A stretch of 62,989 bases of DNA, counting the filler, from Hausera hauseri (Eukaryota): assembly GCA_046269625.1 (NCBI GenBank). It is 10 parts of 10 records of this genome, joined end to end, with 100 filler letters (N's around TTAATTAATTAA, not from the genome) between each part and the next. Parts side by side here need not be neighbours in the genome. Positions count along the whole stretch, not along the records: positions 58,535 to 62,989 come from JBJURY010572450.1; 9 more parts are not named here. The stretch is one strand, 5' to 3'. The notes beneath the pieces were generated by a model. It was not told the origin of the DNA. It worked only from the letters and a program-made list of their open reading frames with translations, and searched no databases. Each line of letters begins with the position of its first letter. Within the stretch, counting starts at the first letter, position 1. A program made the position numbers and the translations under genes. This document shows, piece after piece, positions 61,561-62,989 of this stretch.

Positions 61561-62989
61561 CGACACCACCTTCACACATCTTTATGAAATACTATATATT
61601 ATCAAATATTTATTAAATATAACATACAAATACATTAAAAAAAATTGTCTCCGCATACTACCCGGTACCCACCCGCTGACGCCAGCTACATATATCAAGT
61701 ATTACACAACACCAATAACAATTACCTAATTAAAAACAATTACACAATTACCTAGTAAAAGTATGCAATTACATAATTATCTAAGTAAAAAAATAATTAC
61801 CTAATTATAAAACAATTACATAATTACCTAAAAATGCAAGAGTTGTTTGCCCCTTCATGCGCCTGAATTATCTCTCCTTGCCCCGACATAATGCCTCCTC
61901 CGGCTGGAGGAGGAGGGATTATTTCTTTTATAAGCTATATCCTACTCATCTTCCTCTTCCAGAAATGCGACTTGTTTTTATGCAATCTACACTACTTACG
62001 ACAATCACTACAAGAAGCGATGAGAGGCTATAGTAATCGCGTTATCACCTATTGGCAAGTTCACATTGTTTGTGTCTACTCCACTATCCTTTTGTTAAGA
62101 TCATTAGTAGTATATCATGCTGGAAACGAGCCGCATCGGGCTGCTGTCGCGGCCGCTGTTTATATAGCGCAAAGAAGAAAAAAACCTGCCGGCGTTATCT
62201 ATAGCGTAAAGAACAATAAACCTGCTGCCATTGCCGGCGTTAATATAGCGCAAGTAATACGCCGGCCTTGCCAGCGTATTCAAGGGGTCGATAAGCGATA
62301 TAACGTCATCATGTTTAGTGATGGAGACCGATGCCTCATGTAGGATGGGAGCTCTGAAAGGGGGCCGAGTGGTGGATCACTGCCCATTAGTGCCCAAGAC
62401 CTTCCGACGGTTCATAAGACTGAAGGAGGGGAGCATATCTTTGAGCGACACAAGAGTTGGATCATCATGATAAGCTAATGTTACCGAGTCCGCCGTCTTC
62501 TATAGGATGATGGAGGAGCTCTGAGCGCCGAGCCGACATATAGCGGTTATCAGAGGGATCCTTGTCATAGAAATATCACCAGAAGATCCTGGGACATGGT
62601 ACCAAATAAAGGTTTGTCAGCGGGATCTCCTTTACTATGCCGTCAGAGAGATCCTGCTGTACGACACCTTATCATAATATATCATAGTAATCCTTAACAA
62701 TCTTGTCAATATATATTGGGCCGTTCTTTCTACTATTACTATTATTACTTTACTATCCTTGGTCAGTCTCTACAAGGCTACTAATTTCAACAGACTGCAC
62801 CCTGGGGTCTCTAGACTGGGTGGATGAGTCTGGGATTCCACTTAACTATAGAGGTAGTTTGTTCTTTTCTCTTCGCGATGTGCTGCTGGTTCCCTGGGTG
62901 ATCTCCTGGATTCTTTATTTAGAGTTTTTGAATCAAATATGGTTCTATAGAGTTATTAAGATCAGAGTTCCTGGAATAATACAATTAAT

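Overview
This window is not one locus. It is ten eukaryotic (metazoan-type) contigs joined by 100-nt N spacers that carry a TTAATTAATTAA all-frame stop linker: 1-6690, 6791-12404, 12505-17115, 17216-22821, 22922-28079, 28180-35957, 36058-47733, 47834-53811, 53912-58434 and 58535-62989. It is dominated by mobile DNA: a BEL/Pao retrotransposon, three decayed Polinton/Maverick pPolB fragments, three related AGTAGT Maverick termini, two inverted LTR-Gag elements, two Ty3/Gypsy copies, solo LTRs, a complete piggyBac, SINE/LINE remnants and minisatellites. Decayed host-gene copies are mixed in (HR96-like nuclear receptor, UBR4, BET bromodomain protein, ankyrin, CBP/p300, MPEG1). Two things stand out. 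(1) A GC-rich element in contig 5 encodes one reconstructed replicase of at least about 1140 aa (OTU-like Cys/His domain, apparently exonuclease-less family B polymerase, SF1 helicase, HNH), tail-to-tail with a retroviral-type DDE integrase. (2) A Ty3/Gypsy family has a Gag preceded in frame by a fast-evolving ubiquitin-like domain ending in (L/F)RIRGG. All family assignments come from motif recognition by eye; no database searches were run.
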